A DNA stretch of 58,095 nt, from positions 1 to 58,095 of the forward strand of contig CANQHQ010000004.1 of NCBI GenBank assembly GCA_947623825.1, read 5' to 3'. This document shows, in pieces, positions 47,255 through 57,857 of the stretch (position 1 is its first letter; each line of letters opens with the position of its first letter). The notes under the pieces were generated by a model that saw only the letters and a list, made by a program, of their open reading frames with translations, did no database searches and was not told the DNA's origin. The DNA comes from an uncultured Bacilli bacterium. GTDB lineage: Bacteria; Bacillota_I; Bacilli_A; RF39; UBA660. Position numbers and translations under genes: made by a program.

Positions 47255-48184
47255 ATGTTAGTAGAAGTATTGACAAATATTATCATTACGGCTTTTCTTG
47301 TCATCGTCCCTGCTTGGTATGCATCGAAAAGAGAAATTCCCATGAAAAAAGTTTTTCTTATTCTTTGGGGGATTTGTGCAACCATATTGAGTGGAATCGA
47401 TTTATGGCTTCTTCACGAGTTAGAATGGATTTCTCTTATTCTTTCAGGAATTCTTTCTACTGTTTTCAATTTTGCTTGTTTTCAACATCCAGAACGACAA
47501 AAAATTTATTTTCGTAGTATCTTTGTTTTATTTTTCTTCTTTTTTGCTAGTCTTTTTCAATTGATTCCCGTTTTTTTATTTTCTATTGATTTAAATCATA
47601 TGAGTCTACGGATGGACAGTTATCTAAGTTTATTTTCCAATACTTGTTTGGCGATTTGTCTTCTTTTTTTGTATCGCCATGATTTGAAAGAAGAGTTTCT
47701 TGTTTTTAAAAAGAATTTTATGAAAAATATGGATATCGGTTTCCGGTATTGGTTTCTAGGACTTGTCATCATGGTTTCTAGTAACCTTCTAATTCAATTC
47801 TTTGTTCCAAGTGCCAATGCGGGGAATGAACAAGCCGTACAATCTCTCATTCAAGCGGCACCATGGATGTCTTTTCTTAGTACTGGTCTTTTGGCTCCAG
47901 TCGTCGAAGAAATTACGTTTCGTAAAACTTTTCGTGATTTATTTCATAATGACACCTTGTTTATTTGGGTATCTGGTCTCGTCTTTGGTGGACTTCACGT
48001 CGTCCTTTCCCTTACCTCTTTCAGTGATTTCGCTTATCTCATTCCTTACTGTTCTTTAGGAATTAGTTTTGGTTATATTTATGCGAAGACGAAGTCAGTA
48101 TATACATCTATGTCGATGCACCTATTCCATAATGTGGTTCTTTCCTTATTATCGATTGTAGCGAGTATGGTGATTGTTTTATGA
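47255..48184 (+). CDS. CPBP family intramembrane glutamic endopeptidase (CAAX protease/Abi family)
   Basis: EEITFRKTF, FGGLH and HLFHN motifs in a multi-TM protein. AGGAGG SD. Confidence 0.85.
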   Translation: MLVEVLTNIIITAFLVIVPAWYASKREIPMKKVFLILWGICATILSGIDLWLLHELEWISLILSGILSTVFNFACFQHPERQKIYFRSIFVLFFFFFASLFQLIPVFLFSIDLNHMSLRMDSYLSLFSNTCLAICLLFLYRHDLKEEFLVFKKNFMKNMDIGFRYWFLGLVIMVSSNLLIQFFVPSANAGNEQAVQSLIQAAPWMSFLSTGLLAPVVEEITFRKTFRDLFHNDTLFIWVSGLVFGGLHVVLSLTSFSDFAYLIPYCSLGISFGYIYAKTKSVYTSMSMHLFHNVVLSLLSIVASMVIVL

Positions 48185-49095
48185 CGACGAGAGAAGAAAG
48201 AAGTAATCAAATTACGAAAGAATGGGAAGAACAAGAAGAAAGAGAAAAAAAGAGAAAAAGACGATGGTTTTGGGCAAAAATTTTATTTCTGTTTACGTGT
48301 CTCATTCTAGGCGGATATTCCTACATGCGTTGGATAGGAACTTCTGGTATTGTGGTTCATGAGTACCGAGTTGTGGATGAAAACTTACCTTCTTCTTTTC
48401 ATGGAACGAAGATTGTTCATTTTTCGGATTTGCATTATCAATCTACTTTTGGCGAAAAAGATTTAACCAATTTGGTTGACAAAATCCAAGATTTGGAACC
48501 AGATATTCTTATTTTTACAGGAGATTTAACCGATGCCAAAACAAAAATCACACAGGAAGATTTACAACAGTTAATTCATGCTTTTCAAAAACTTTCTGCT
48601 CCTCTAGGTATGTATGCCGTTCGAGGAAATGAAGATTATCATAATAGTAATTTTGATGTTGTTTTTACGAATACCAATTTTAAGATTTTAGATAATAATT
48701 ACGAACTCATTTATTCTAAATCATTGACCCCTATCCTCTTGGTGGGACTTGGCAGTCAACTTCAAAATGATTTTCATCTAGAATCTGCTTTTCAGTTATT
48801 GGAAACGAATGATTATTACACGATTAGCCTTTTTCATGAGCCCGATTCTATTTCATCGATTTTATCTAAGTATCCAACTTCTTTAGCTTTTAGTGGTCAT
48901 TCGCATTATGGTCAGATTCGTTTCCCAGAGATGGGTACTTTGTTTCCGAAAGATGGTGCTCGAGAATATTCTGAACCTTATTACTCAATTGGTTCGACGG
49001 AACTCTATATTTCTGGTGGTTTAGGAACGAGTCATTTTCCTTTACGACTCTGGAATCATCCAAGTATCAATCTTTACCGTTTGGTCAATCATTAA
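48181..49095 (+). CDS. Membrane-anchored metallophosphoesterase (YkuE-like)
   Basis: VHFSDLH, GDLTD, GNEDY and GHSHYG calcineurin-like motifs after an N-terminal TM helix. ATGA overlap with the upstream gene. Confidence 0.88.
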   Translation: MTTREERSNQITKEWEEQEEREKKRKRRWFWAKILFLFTCLILGGYSYMRWIGTSGIVVHEYRVVDENLPSSFHGTKIVHFSDLHYQSTFGEKDLTNLVDKIQDLEPDILIFTGDLTDAKTKITQEDLQQLIHAFQKLSAPLGMYAVRGNEDYHNSNFDVVFTNTNFKILDNNYELIYSKSLTPILLVGLGSQLQNDFHLESAFQLLETNDYYTISLFHEPDSISSILSKYPTSLAFSGHSHYGQIRFPEMGTLFPKDGAREYSEPYYSIGSTELYISGGLGTSHFPLRLWNHPSINLYRLVNH

Positions 49096-49715
49096 TCATT
49101 TCTTTGTGGCAGTAGAGATTTTCTCTCCTGTCTTTTTCTTTGCCTCTTTCTTTTGAAAAAAGAAACAACTTGACGATAAACAATACGAGGAGGTGCGAGA
49201 AAGAATCCACTATATAAATCACGAATCACTTCTCCTTTGGAAGAAAAATAATCCGATTTTAAAATAAATCTTTGACAAGGACTTAGACATCGTAATACGG
49301 GAATTTCATCCATCGTCAGTGTCTTATTCTTTTCCCTTACTGTGGCACAATAAAACAATTTACAAGCGAGATTAGCTGTCGGACATTTCCCTCCAGTACG
49401 ATAAAAACAACCACGACAACAACCATCGATTTTATTTGTATGATGAACTCTTTGAGATAGACATTGCCCATTTTGAAAGTCACAGAGATTTTTATCTTTG
49501 TAGTAGGAATCCACAAAGTGACATGCTTCTTCATAAACTTTTTGAATTCTTTTCTTTCGACCCTTTACATTTAGACAATCGACGATGGGCTGATACTCCT
49601 TTTTTCCATCTAATTGGAAAGGAATCCATCGAAAAAGTACGGAACGATAAAGAAAAAGACGATGAGCAAATTGTCTTTCTTCTTTTGGATTTCGAATTTT
49701 AAGAACATACTTCAT
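49092..49715 (-). CDS. Hypothetical Cys-rich protein (207 aa)
   Basis: Twelve Cys, including CDFQNGQC, CCRGC, GGKCP and CKLFYC, with a basic C-terminal tail. No family recognised. Confidence 0.6.
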   Translation of the reverse strand: MKYVLKIRNPKEERQFAHRLFLYRSVLFRWIPFQLDGKKEYQPIVDCLNVKGRKKRIQKVYEEACHFVDSYYKDKNLCDFQNGQCLSQRVHHTNKIDGCCRGCFYRTGGKCPTANLACKLFYCATVREKNKTLTMDEIPVLRCLSPCQRFILKSDYFSSKGEVIRDLYSGFFLAPPRIVYRQVVSFFKRKRQRKRQERKSLLPQRND

Positions 49716-49764
49716 AAAAAGACTTCCTTCTTTTATTTTCTTAGAAAGGAAAAAGGCACAAATT

Positions 49765-50697
49765 TTAGGATTGTACCTTTGATTTCACAGATTGAATGGC
49801 TTTCACTACTGGCATCGCTTTTCCTGTTAAATCTTCCATATCTAATTCTATTTCTTCTACAGAAAGGGTTGGAGAAGACAAGATGGATAAAATTAACTGA
49901 TGGAAGGCTTCTTCCTCGAAATGGGTAATTTCACGAAACTTTTGAATAGAAGTTCCTAGTTCGATTATCGCCTCTTTTTGCGTATCAGGAAGGGATGTCT
50001 CCACTTCGATTTCTCCCAACGGAGCCAAGTTACGAAATTGTTTTTCTAGAAGAGAATTCGTTGGAATTTCCCTTTCGGTAGAAGTGGATAAAGGAATTGG
50101 TTCCTCCATCAATCCACAAAAAGTAAGTAACGCAATCATCTCATTCATTTGATTACGACTTTCTTCTTGACTAAAGTCGGGATTTTCTCCATAAAAAGCC
50201 CGATACATGGCACAGTAATTTTTTTCTTTTTCAGTAGGAACAATCTGGGTAATCGATGGAATTTTCTCTACCAATCGATAGGCTTCATCCATGAGAAATT
50301 TCGCAAACGAAAGTTCTTCTTTAGGAAACGTTTTTTCGGAACTGTCTACTTTCATAGACATTCCATTCTCTCGATGAAAGTCGATGGTGATACTTCTTCC
50401 CTCTCGTCTTTGTGCTTGATCTCGGTATTCTTCTAAATTCCAATCTTTTAAAATTAGTAAAGTTCGAAACATTCCATTTCTTTGATCAATTTGTAATGTC
50501 GTTTTTTCCATGGAAGAAAAGATGGTTTTGAGCATTCTAATTAAATCAGAAGGATTCCAAATTCGATCAGAAAGAAGACGATCTAATAATTCGATTTCTT
50601 TATCCAAATTCTTGTTTTTACTATTTCCCTTAAAATCGATTCTTGTCCAATCATGCACCGACGTAGAATACTCTTTTTCTATTGATATCCATTCCAT
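49765..50697 (-). CDS. Hypothetical protein (310 aa)
   Basis: Long ORF with a GAGGGAA SD. No recognisable motif. Confidence 0.6.
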   Translation of the reverse strand: MEWISIEKEYSTSVHDWTRIDFKGNSKNKNLDKEIELLDRLLSDRIWNPSDLIRMLKTIFSSMEKTTLQIDQRNGMFRTLLILKDWNLEEYRDQAQRREGRSITIDFHRENGMSMKVDSSEKTFPKEELSFAKFLMDEAYRLVEKIPSITQIVPTEKEKNYCAMYRAFYGENPDFSQEESRNQMNEMIALLTFCGLMEEPIPLSTSTEREIPTNSLLEKQFRNLAPLGEIEVETSLPDTQKEAIIELGTSIQKFREITHFEEEAFHQLILSILSSPTLSVEEIELDMEDLTGKAMPVVKAIQSVKSKVQS

Positions 50698-50789
50698 ATT
50701 TTTCCCTCTTTCTAGTTAAATTTTTTTCCTATTCGATTTCGAAACATTCTTTACTTCTTTTTTCGACAAAGAAAGTTCTACCTTTTTTC

Positions 50790-50818
50790 AATATAAACGA
50801 ACTTTTCCAAAAATGCAA
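50790..50818 (-). promoter_or_regulatory. Internal promoter ahead of the 310-aa gene
   Basis: Minus strand TTGCAT-N17-TATATT in the 149-nt gap. Confidence 0.4.
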
Positions 50819-50846
50819 TGATTTCTTCCGAGAAAAAAAGAAAAGA

Positions 50847-51695
50847 TTAGTTCTTTTCTTTCTCTTGCTTTTCGAATTCTTTTAACATTGATAGAATTTT
50901 CGGTTTTTTTGCGAATAGATTTCTGTTTTCTTCTAAGATAGGAGGTACATATAGGATGGAAAGAAATCCACTGGTATCTAGAATAGGTAATTCTATATGA
51001 TATGTTTTTATAAATTGAATTACCTTTTCTAACAGTTCTTGTGCTACCTCGGTTCCTTTGTGTGTACGTAGATAATAAAAAGGAATTCCAATCGCGATGA
51101 CCCAATCTTCTATAGAAAGAGAATCTTTTACTTGATACGCATGTTCTAAATAACTGTATTGATTTTTCATAGGAATTTGACTGTCTCTGATTTCTAGCCA
51201 AGTATCATAGGAAACAGGAATGACTTTTTCTGGGTTATAAAAAGGAGATATGACCAAAGAAAGATAAGGACGGATGAAAGTATCATACTCTTTTTCATAG
51301 GAAGTCTTGGTCTTTTCGAAAAGAAAGTTGGTTTCATATTTTCTATTTTGATTCGTGTTTTTCTTTTCAGAAAGGATGACTTTTTTTTGAATGATTTCTT
51401 CTAATGGCTTTAAATCTGTTTGAGAGGAAAGTCCATAATAAAGAAAGTCGGTCGCATCCATAAAATTGATATCAAAAGGTGCTTTAGGATGTAATTCTAA
51501 AAAGGTTGGCATTTTTTGTTCTTCGAAGGAAGAAAGTTTGGTATCGATGGATTTTGGTTCCTTCTCATTATCTAGGATTTCTATTTCTACTTTTGTAGGT
51601 TTTTCCTGTACCAAATCAATTTTTGAAATTTCTATTCCCAATTTTTTTAATATTTCCATTCGAAGTTGTAATCTTGATTTGGATGGTTGATTCAT
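50847..51695 (-). CDS. Hypothetical protein (282 aa)
   Basis: Long ORF 13 nt downstream of the MazG-like gene. No recognisable motif. Confidence 0.6.
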   Translation of the reverse strand: MNQPSKSRLQLRMEILKKLGIEISKIDLVQEKPTKVEIEILDNEKEPKSIDTKLSSFEEQKMPTFLELHPKAPFDINFMDATDFLYYGLSSQTDLKPLEEIIQKKVILSEKKNTNQNRKYETNFLFEKTKTSYEKEYDTFIRPYLSLVISPFYNPEKVIPVSYDTWLEIRDSQIPMKNQYSYLEHAYQVKDSLSIEDWVIAIGIPFYYLRTHKGTEVAQELLEKVIQFIKTYHIELPILDTSGFLSILYVPPILEENRNLFAKKPKILSMLKEFEKQEKEKN

Positions 51696-51708
51696 GATTT
51701 TTTCTCCT

Positions 51709-52035
51709 TTACTTTGTGAGAACCTTTTCTAGAAAGATTCTTTTTTCAAACGTTCCCCTTTTTTCCCCTTTTTCTTCTGCGATAGCCATCACTTCTTCTA
51801 GTGTTGCATTTTCTAATTTCGCCAAATATCGAATGATTTCTAGCATATCTGCCAATTCCTCTATTCTATCCTTTCCGGTCGCATTCAAAACTTCTTGATA
51901 TTCTTCATTTAACTTTCTTTCTAGTTCCACTTTATATTCTTCATCCGTTAAAATTCTAGTGATGGGTTTCTCATTCTTCGATTGAATGATTTCAGGTATT
52001 TTATCTCTTACCAATTTGTTATATATTTGTTCCAT
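51709..52035 (-). CDS. MazG-like nucleoside triphosphate pyrophosphohydrolase (small all-alpha house-cleaning type)
   Basis: N-terminal YNKLVRDKIPEII and EE..E....ELADMLEI acidic helices typical of MazG-superfamily enzymes. GAGGAGA SD. Confidence 0.7.
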   Translation of the reverse strand: MEQIYNKLVRDKIPEIIQSKNEKPITRILTDEEYKVELERKLNEEYQEVLNATGKDRIEELADMLEIIRYLAKLENATLEEVMAIAEEKGEKRGTFEKRIFLEKVLTK

Positions 52036-52179
52036 ATTTTTCTCCTCTTTCTATTGTCGTGATTCAATGTATGTGTTTTTACATCTCTATATGATTGGAT
52101 TGTTTCAGGAATACTAATTCGGTTCGATCCAATTCTCTCTTGTTTTAGACAAGTTTTCTTACCGAATCCACGATAACAT

Positions 52180-52247
52180 AAAAACGCACTTTTATCAAGT
52201 ACGTTTCTATTTTACTCGAAGTCTGAGTCTTATCCATCTAATGCCAT
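52180..52247 (-). repeat. Copy A of a ~70-nt structured intergenic repeat
   Basis: Aligns with 57858-57929 at roughly 85% identity. The minus strand has an ACTC/GAGT small hairpin, then AAACGTAC-N9-GTGCGTTT followed by TTTAT. Confidence 0.8.
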
Positions 52248-52322
52248 AAAAATCGAATACTCATTCTTCAAAATATATCAATACCTAAGAAAGAATCTTT
52301 CCTTTTTTTAGAACATTATTTT

Positions 52323-53114
52323 TTAATTTTTACCATATTTCAACGAATCAATCATCTCTTTTCGTTTTGGACTTTGTTTTTGACTTTCTTCTACTAATTC
52401 TTGCCTACAATACATTGGATAATCATCTATATCCTGATCACCATAATTTAAGTATTGTATTTTTCTTTCTGAAAACACTTTGGAAATGATATGCCCATTT
52501 TGATCAATTTGAAAATATAAATTATCCGTAAGGTATAAGTCTTCGCTCGTAGATTCTTCTGTTAAGGATGTAATCCTTTTTTTAACAAAAAAACGATTTG
52601 GATCACCATCAATTACAGAAATTTCATCATAACCTTCACATATCTGTTTTCCTTTCGTTATATCATACAGTCCTTTATTATGCCAATTCCTATTTCCACC
52701 AATGATCAAGATATTTTCAAGATTTGTTTTGAAATATTCCCCAATATCTTTATTTATACACATTGCTTTCCTATCTACAATTCGAATATGCATATTTGTA
52801 TAATAAAAATGATAATCATCCCCTCGTCGTGTGCAAACAATAAAATCGTTTTCTCCACAGCGAAAAATATTGGTATTATAACGTAAAAACATTAAATTTC
52901 TACATGCTTTCCCATATTGATATTCATCATCATCAAATACCTCTTGATATTCCTCATTGATAATTCCAGAACACATTTTTCCCTTACTATCCGTAATATT
53001 AACGGCCGCTATACCATTTATAAAATGTACTTGTTCTTCGTCCACAGATATTACTGAATCATTGCTCCTTAAATAACTTAAATAACGTCTATTATGATAT
53101 GTTATTTCTCTCAT
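52323..53114 (-). CDS. Hypothetical protein (263 aa), possibly with degenerate WG-like repeats
   Basis: FINGIAAVNITDSKGKMCSGIINEEYQEV weakly resembles WG/KWG repeats. The gene is very AT-rich. Confidence 0.55.
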   Translation of the reverse strand: MREITYHNRRYLSYLRSNDSVISVDEEQVHFINGIAAVNITDSKGKMCSGIINEEYQEVFDDDEYQYGKACRNLMFLRYNTNIFRCGENDFIVCTRRGDDYHFYYTNMHIRIVDRKAMCINKDIGEYFKTNLENILIIGGNRNWHNKGLYDITKGKQICEGYDEISVIDGDPNRFFVKKRITSLTEESTSEDLYLTDNLYFQIDQNGHIISKVFSERKIQYLNYGDQDIDDYPMYCRQELVEESQKQSPKRKEMIDSLKYGKN

Positions 53115-53203
53115 TTACCATTTCTCCTTTTGTAAGTACTATTTTACACTGTTTTTTACAATAAAAACTTCTATATGTTCACTCATTTTAGAAATTTTTT
53201 ATT

Positions 53204-53878
53204 CTATTTTTTTCGTATTAATGATTTATTTTTTATCATTAAAAAATCAAATGTATTTGTATACATATTCGATATAAGTGTTTCATAAGAAAATGTCATA
53301 TCAATTTGCTTATCGCCTGTCTTGTTAGGATTGGCTACGTAAAATTCATTATTCAGGCTATTAACACTAGTCACTGCTATATAATGTCCATAATTGGAAA
53401 AGGTTCTTGGGTGTTCTATTTTACCTTTTGGACCAACCAATATTAAAGCCATATAATCATATTTAATCATTTCTATGATTTGTTCTTTTTTTAATTCAGG
53501 ATGTTCATAACTATATTTCACTAATTGATATTCGAGATTCAATCCTTTCGTATTATTTAGTTCTTGAAGCAAATATAAAAAACCTAGTGTAGATATTCCT
53601 AATCTTTCATTTTCTTTATTTGTATAAAAATCAATGGGATTTTCATATTCATCTAATAACATTAATTTGGCTACATCTACTGGATTGAAATCATAACCTA
53701 TACTAGATAATATCGTTGCCATGGATGAAGGACCACAGCCAAAATTTTGCAATTCCCAATTCGGAATTCCGTCTTGTCCTTCCACATCACTATACATATA
53801 TTGTTTATATCTTTTTGTATACTTTCTACCCATCCCATTAGGTAAAATAATATCATATTTTTCATTTATTGTATTCAT
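53204..53878 (-). CDS. Peptidase C39-like (papain-fold) cysteine peptidase domain protein
   Basis: NFGCGPSSMATILS (Cys) and YGHYIAVTS (His) at C39_2-like spacing. No signal peptide. Confidence 0.65.
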   Translation of the reverse strand: MNTINEKYDIILPNGMGRKYTKRYKQYMYSDVEGQDGIPNWELQNFGCGPSSMATILSSIGYDFNPVDVAKLMLLDEYENPIDFYTNKENERLGISTLGFLYLLQELNNTKGLNLEYQLVKYSYEHPELKKEQIIEMIKYDYMALILVGPKGKIEHPRTFSNYGHYIAVTSVNSLNNEFYVANPNKTGDKQIDMTFSYETLISNMYTNTFDFLMIKNKSLIRKK

Positions 53879-54582
53879 CGTTTTTCTCTCCTTACTTTTT
53901 CTAATTTCATAGAGTAATCGTAAGTTTCATAAATAGATTTTTCCATTGAATCAATAAATGATTTTAATAAATCATAATTCTCTAATTTTAATGACCTTAT
54001 TTTCTTTCTTATTTCAATTTGAAATGCATTTGTAAGTAAAGAGCACTGTCTAGTTACTTGTCCTCCTAGATATTCACTTCCATTATCAACGGATAAATTC
54101 AAGCTATTAAAATTATTTTTAAATATTTCCATAATCTCTCGATCACAAGCATTATCATGGTTAGACCATACACTACAATCGTATTGTTTTACATTCCTGC
54201 ATCCGTGAAAATCTATTACTAAAAATGGATTATATAGGTGAATCAAATGTTTTAATTCTCTTAAATAATCATTTTGTAAATTTAATATTGTAATTCCTAG
54301 AGGAAAATTCGGATCATCATTGTCATTATAAACTCTAACAAAGTAAGAGCAATTGCATTTTTGTGCCAAATAAATGGCAAGAGGTCCTGTTAAATAATCA
54401 CTTGATTTCACTTGCGATTCTCTACATTGTTTTACTGCATGTGGTGCAGATAATATAATTGGTATTTTCCCTGTTTTATATATATAACTTTTTCCATCTA
54501 CTTTTAAACCATTTTTATCATTCTTTAAAAATGGTTTGTTTAAATTTCGCAATTCATCGATAACTGTATTTGCGTTCATCAC
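53875..54582 (-). CDS. Putative N-formylglutamate amidohydrolase-like zinc hydrolase
   Basis: ILSAPHAVKQ and LVIDFHGC resemble the FGase-family metal-ligand segments. The assignment is tentative. Confidence 0.4.
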   Translation of the reverse strand: MMNANTVIDELRNLNKPFLKNDKNGLKVDGKSYIYKTGKIPIILSAPHAVKQCRESQVKSSDYLTGPLAIYLAQKCNCSYFVRVYNDNDDPNFPLGITILNLQNDYLRELKHLIHLYNPFLVIDFHGCRNVKQYDCSVWSNHDNACDREIMEIFKNNFNSLNLSVDNGSEYLGGQVTRQCSLLTNAFQIEIRKKIRSLKLENYDLLKSFIDSMEKSIYETYDYSMKLEKVRREKR

Positions 54583-54692
54583 TCCTTCTTTTTTTATTTA
54601 GAAATTAACGCATTCATACAACCAAATTTTAAATTATGATAAAGTAAAACGATACACTTTCTCATAAGAATCACCTCGATTACTATTCGTAT

Positions 54693-54720
54693 ATTATACA
54701 ATTATTTATATAAAAGTCAA
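54693..54720 (-). promoter_or_regulatory. Strong promoter for the amidohydrolase-like/C39-like genes
   Basis: Minus strand TTGACT-N16-TATAAT, with TG directly before the -10. Confidence 0.55.
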
Positions 54721-54780
54721 ATTGAACATTCCTGTTCACACGCATACTGACTTGTTTATATGCAAGTGTGTTACTTGTCT

Positions 54781-54840
54781 AAAATAATTAAAATCGTCGA
54801 AATTCGTTAGCTACAAAGTTTCTTTTGAATTTCGGCGATT
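54781..54840 (-). terminator. Intrinsic terminator after the ABC transporter gene
   Basis: Minus strand ATCGCCGAAATTC-N21-GAATTTCGACGAT (one mismatch) followed by TTTAATTATTTT. Confidence 0.55.
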
Positions 54841-54859
54841 TTTATTTATATAAATTAAA

Positions 54860-57448
54860 TTATTTATTTAGAATTGCATCAATTGGTTTCATTTTCGAAA
54901 TTTTAATAATTGGTAATACGCTGGATATCATTGTAACTATAAATACTACTAAATAAATTATCACAAATTGCCTAATTCCTAAAATGAAAGGTGTTAAAAT
55001 CATATTCGTTCCTGCCATTATCACATTATTTAATAAACTTGTTACTATGATTAATAATATTGCTGAAATAGTAGCGGAAATCAATGACATTACCAGACCT
55101 TCCCACACAAATATTTTTATAATATCTATACTTCGTGATCCAAGAGCTCTCAAAACTCCAATTTCTTTTTTTCGATAATGAATACTTGTCATTATAAAGT
55201 TTCCAATTAAGAATGCTGTAAATAGAAATAAAACCAAACTTACCCAACCTGCTATATCTTTTATTATTTCGATTGTTCTTACTAATGAAGTTACCTCATC
55301 ACTATAAGCAGTGACTGTTTGTATTTGTTTATCATATGGAAATGTTTTTAACATATATTCAAAATCTTCATATTCTGTTATTGGCACAAGATACCCTGTT
55401 TTTTGTAGAACATCAATTTTATACTTACCCACCAAATCATAAGATAGATAATAATTTTTACTATTATCATCTTTACTAAAACCAGTAAGTCCAACAATTT
55501 TTAGGTCTTTATACTCATCAATCACTTCATCTTTTCTATTTTTAACAGTAAAATTTACTTTTTTCCCTATTACATCATAATCTTGAATATAATTAACAAA
55601 ATATTTTTTCTCTAAAGTATCTCTATCTTCGTTCGGATGATTCGAAATATATTTTTCTAATCCTTTTTCATAATTTTCTTCCGATCCAGAAATCAATTGG
55701 TATATATTTATCACTACCTCATTTTCTTTTAATGATTGCGTCTTTACCCACTCTGTTCCATCATAATATTCTATTTCTTTTTGTGGAACAGCAGGAGCGA
55801 TATAATATCCGTTACTCTGAAATGAAATATCATTACTAGATAAATTATAATATTGCGTATTTTCATCCAATTCTTCGACATTTATAACATCTAATTTTTT
55901 TATAAAATCTTCATTAACGTATATATTTCCATATAGATTGTTTGCTTTTACTATTAACTCATTACTTAATTTCCACTCTTCATCCGTTGTTGTTTTAGAA
56001 TCGTATTTTTTATCTTTTAAAGAACTATATTTAGATAAGTCATAATCGATAATACCAACTATTTTTACTTTTCCTTTATCACCAAAATAGAAAGTTTTAT
56101 TACTATTTATTATATCTTCGTAACTTTTTGGTTTAAAAGTGTAATCATCACTAAACTCATCGGTATCATTTTTTTCATAAGTGGTAATTCCACCCTTTAT
56201 CATTAAGTCTGCAACATAATTTGAGATTAAGATTTCATTATAATTAGTTGGATATCTACCAATTATTTTTTCCTTAATTAAATTTTTCAAGTCATTTGAA
56301 ACAACAATATCGGTATCATAATTTTCTCCAAGACTAGTATATAAAATATCACCATCGATTTGACCGATTTTTAATAAATCACCACTTTTCATGTAATAAT
56401 ATGACTCTTGTAGTTTGTATAAAGGATAATATTTGTTTTTAAATTTCGATTCTATATATCTTTCGTCTTTTGAATCTAATTTTACTTGATCTTTATTATA
56501 GAAATCATACTGATCATATTCCATAAATTGATATTTGCCTACTTTTACAAAAGATTCTTTTTTATCTACTAATAATTTGGCATGTGCTTTTTCTACATCA
56601 TAACTTGATAAAGTATCTATAACACTTAAAAATAATAAAGTACATATTGTAAGTAAGATTGTAAATACTAGTTTCATCTTTTTATGTCTTAAACTACCGA
56701 TACCAAGTTTAAAGCTATCCCTTAAAGGCAATTTTGATTTTATAATTTGGTAATTATCACTATGATTCATAGTTACATTTTCCTTTGTATCTCTTGTGAT
56801 AGTTCCATCACTAATTTCTATTATTCTATCACCATAAATATTAGCAGATTCGTTATCATGAGAAACAATAATTACCAGTTTTTCTTTGCTTATTTCTTTT
56901 AGTAAATCCATCACTTGTTTTCCTGTCTTACTGTCAAGGTTACCGGTTGGCTCATCGGCAAGGATAATCTTTGGATTTTTGATTAAAGCACGTGCAATCG
57001 CAACTCTTTGTTTTTGTCCACCGGAAAGTTCATTCACTTTTCTCGTTTTTAGATTTTTTAATTCTAATTTTTCAAGTAATTCATTTATTTTATTTTCATC
57101 GATATTCTTTTTCTGCAATTGTAGTGCCAAAACTATATTTTCATATACATTGTAATCCTCCAAGATATTAAATTCTTGAAACACAAATCCCACATAAGTA
57201 TTTCGATAGGAATCAAAATCTGCTTTTTTGAAATTTTTAGTGCTTTTACCGAGAATTAAAATATCTCCAGAATCATACTTATCAAGTCCACCAATTACAT
57301 TCAACAGTGTTGATTTCCCGCTACCACTTTTTCCAAGAATAAAAGTCATACCTTTCTTATCAAACTTTATTGAAATATTGTTTAAAGCTGTTGTAGTATG
57401 TCCTTTTTTGGACTTGTATTTTTTCACCACATTTTTAAGTTCTATCAT
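54860..57448 (-). CDS. Fused ABC transporter: MacB/LolD-type ATPase plus FtsX-type permease with a large extracytoplasmic domain
   Basis: [24 protein letters not shown] and [11 protein letters not shown] motifs. TM1 near aa 257-280, a ~440-aa external domain, then three C-terminal TM helices. Confidence 0.9.
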   Translation of the reverse strand: MIELKNVVKKYKSKKGHTTTALNNISIKFDKKGMTFILGKSGSGKSTLLNVIGGLDKYDSGDILILGKSTKNFKKADFDSYRNTYVGFVFQEFNILEDYNVYENIVLALQLQKKNIDENKINELLEKLELKNLKTRKVNELSGGQKQRVAIARALIKNPKIILADEPTGNLDSKTGKQVMDLLKEISKEKLVIIVSHDNESANIYGDRIIEISDGTITRDTKENVTMNHSDNYQIIKSKLPLRDSFKLGIGSLRHKKMKLVFTILLTICTLLFLSVIDTLSSYDVEKAHAKLLVDKKESFVKVGKYQFMEYDQYDFYNKDQVKLDSKDERYIESKFKNKYYPLYKLQESYYYMKSGDLLKIGQIDGDILYTSLGENYDTDIVVSNDLKNLIKEKIIGRYPTNYNEILISNYVADLMIKGGITTYEKNDTDEFSDDYTFKPKSYEDIINSNKTFYFGDKGKVKIVGIIDYDLSKYSSLKDKKYDSKTTTDEEWKLSNELIVKANNLYGNIYVNEDFIKKLDVINVEELDENTQYYNLSSNDISFQSNGYYIAPAVPQKEIEYYDGTEWVKTQSLKENEVVINIYQLISGSEENYEKGLEKYISNHPNEDRDTLEKKYFVNYIQDYDVIGKKVNFTVKNRKDEVIDEYKDLKIVGLTGFSKDDNSKNYYLSYDLVGKYKIDVLQKTGYLVPITEYEDFEYMLKTFPYDKQIQTVTAYSDEVTSLVRTIEIIKDIAGWVSLVLFLFTAFLIGNFIMTSIHYRKKEIGVLRALGSRSIDIIKIFVWEGLVMSLISATISAILLIIVTSLLNNVIMAGTNMILTPFILGIRQFVIIYLVVFIVTMISSVLPIIKISKMKPIDAILNK

Positions 57449-57857
57449 ACTTTCACATCCTTTAGTCGCATTATACTATAAAAAATGAACAAGAATATAT
57501 GGCTTTTGGGTTGCTTTATGTATAAATTTAGTTGCAATTTGTACTACATGATTCATCCTCTTGGTTTCCTTCTAAATATTGCATCATTTCAATTCATGTA
57601 TCGTTTTTCCTTGCTTTCTACCATGCAATAAAAAAGATATGTCGTTCAACATACCTTTGAAAAAAGTCTCAATGCCAAATTTGTTTTACTTATTTTAAAA
57701 TTTATTTAACATAAAGTTCGGAATTCTAAATTAAAAGTGCACCTGACTCTAACAGTTTGAATTAGGTGCTATACAAATGATTCAATCACACTCAACATGC
57801 AATATTGGATACTCTTTTTACTTGATGCAATTTTCTTTGACGAGGGAAAAATAAGAG

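Noticed and set aside
50788-51201. 137-aa ORF overlapping the 282-aa gene in another frame
   Set aside because: It is Arg/Ser/Tyr-rich, has no SD, and is nested in a longer ORF with a better start context.
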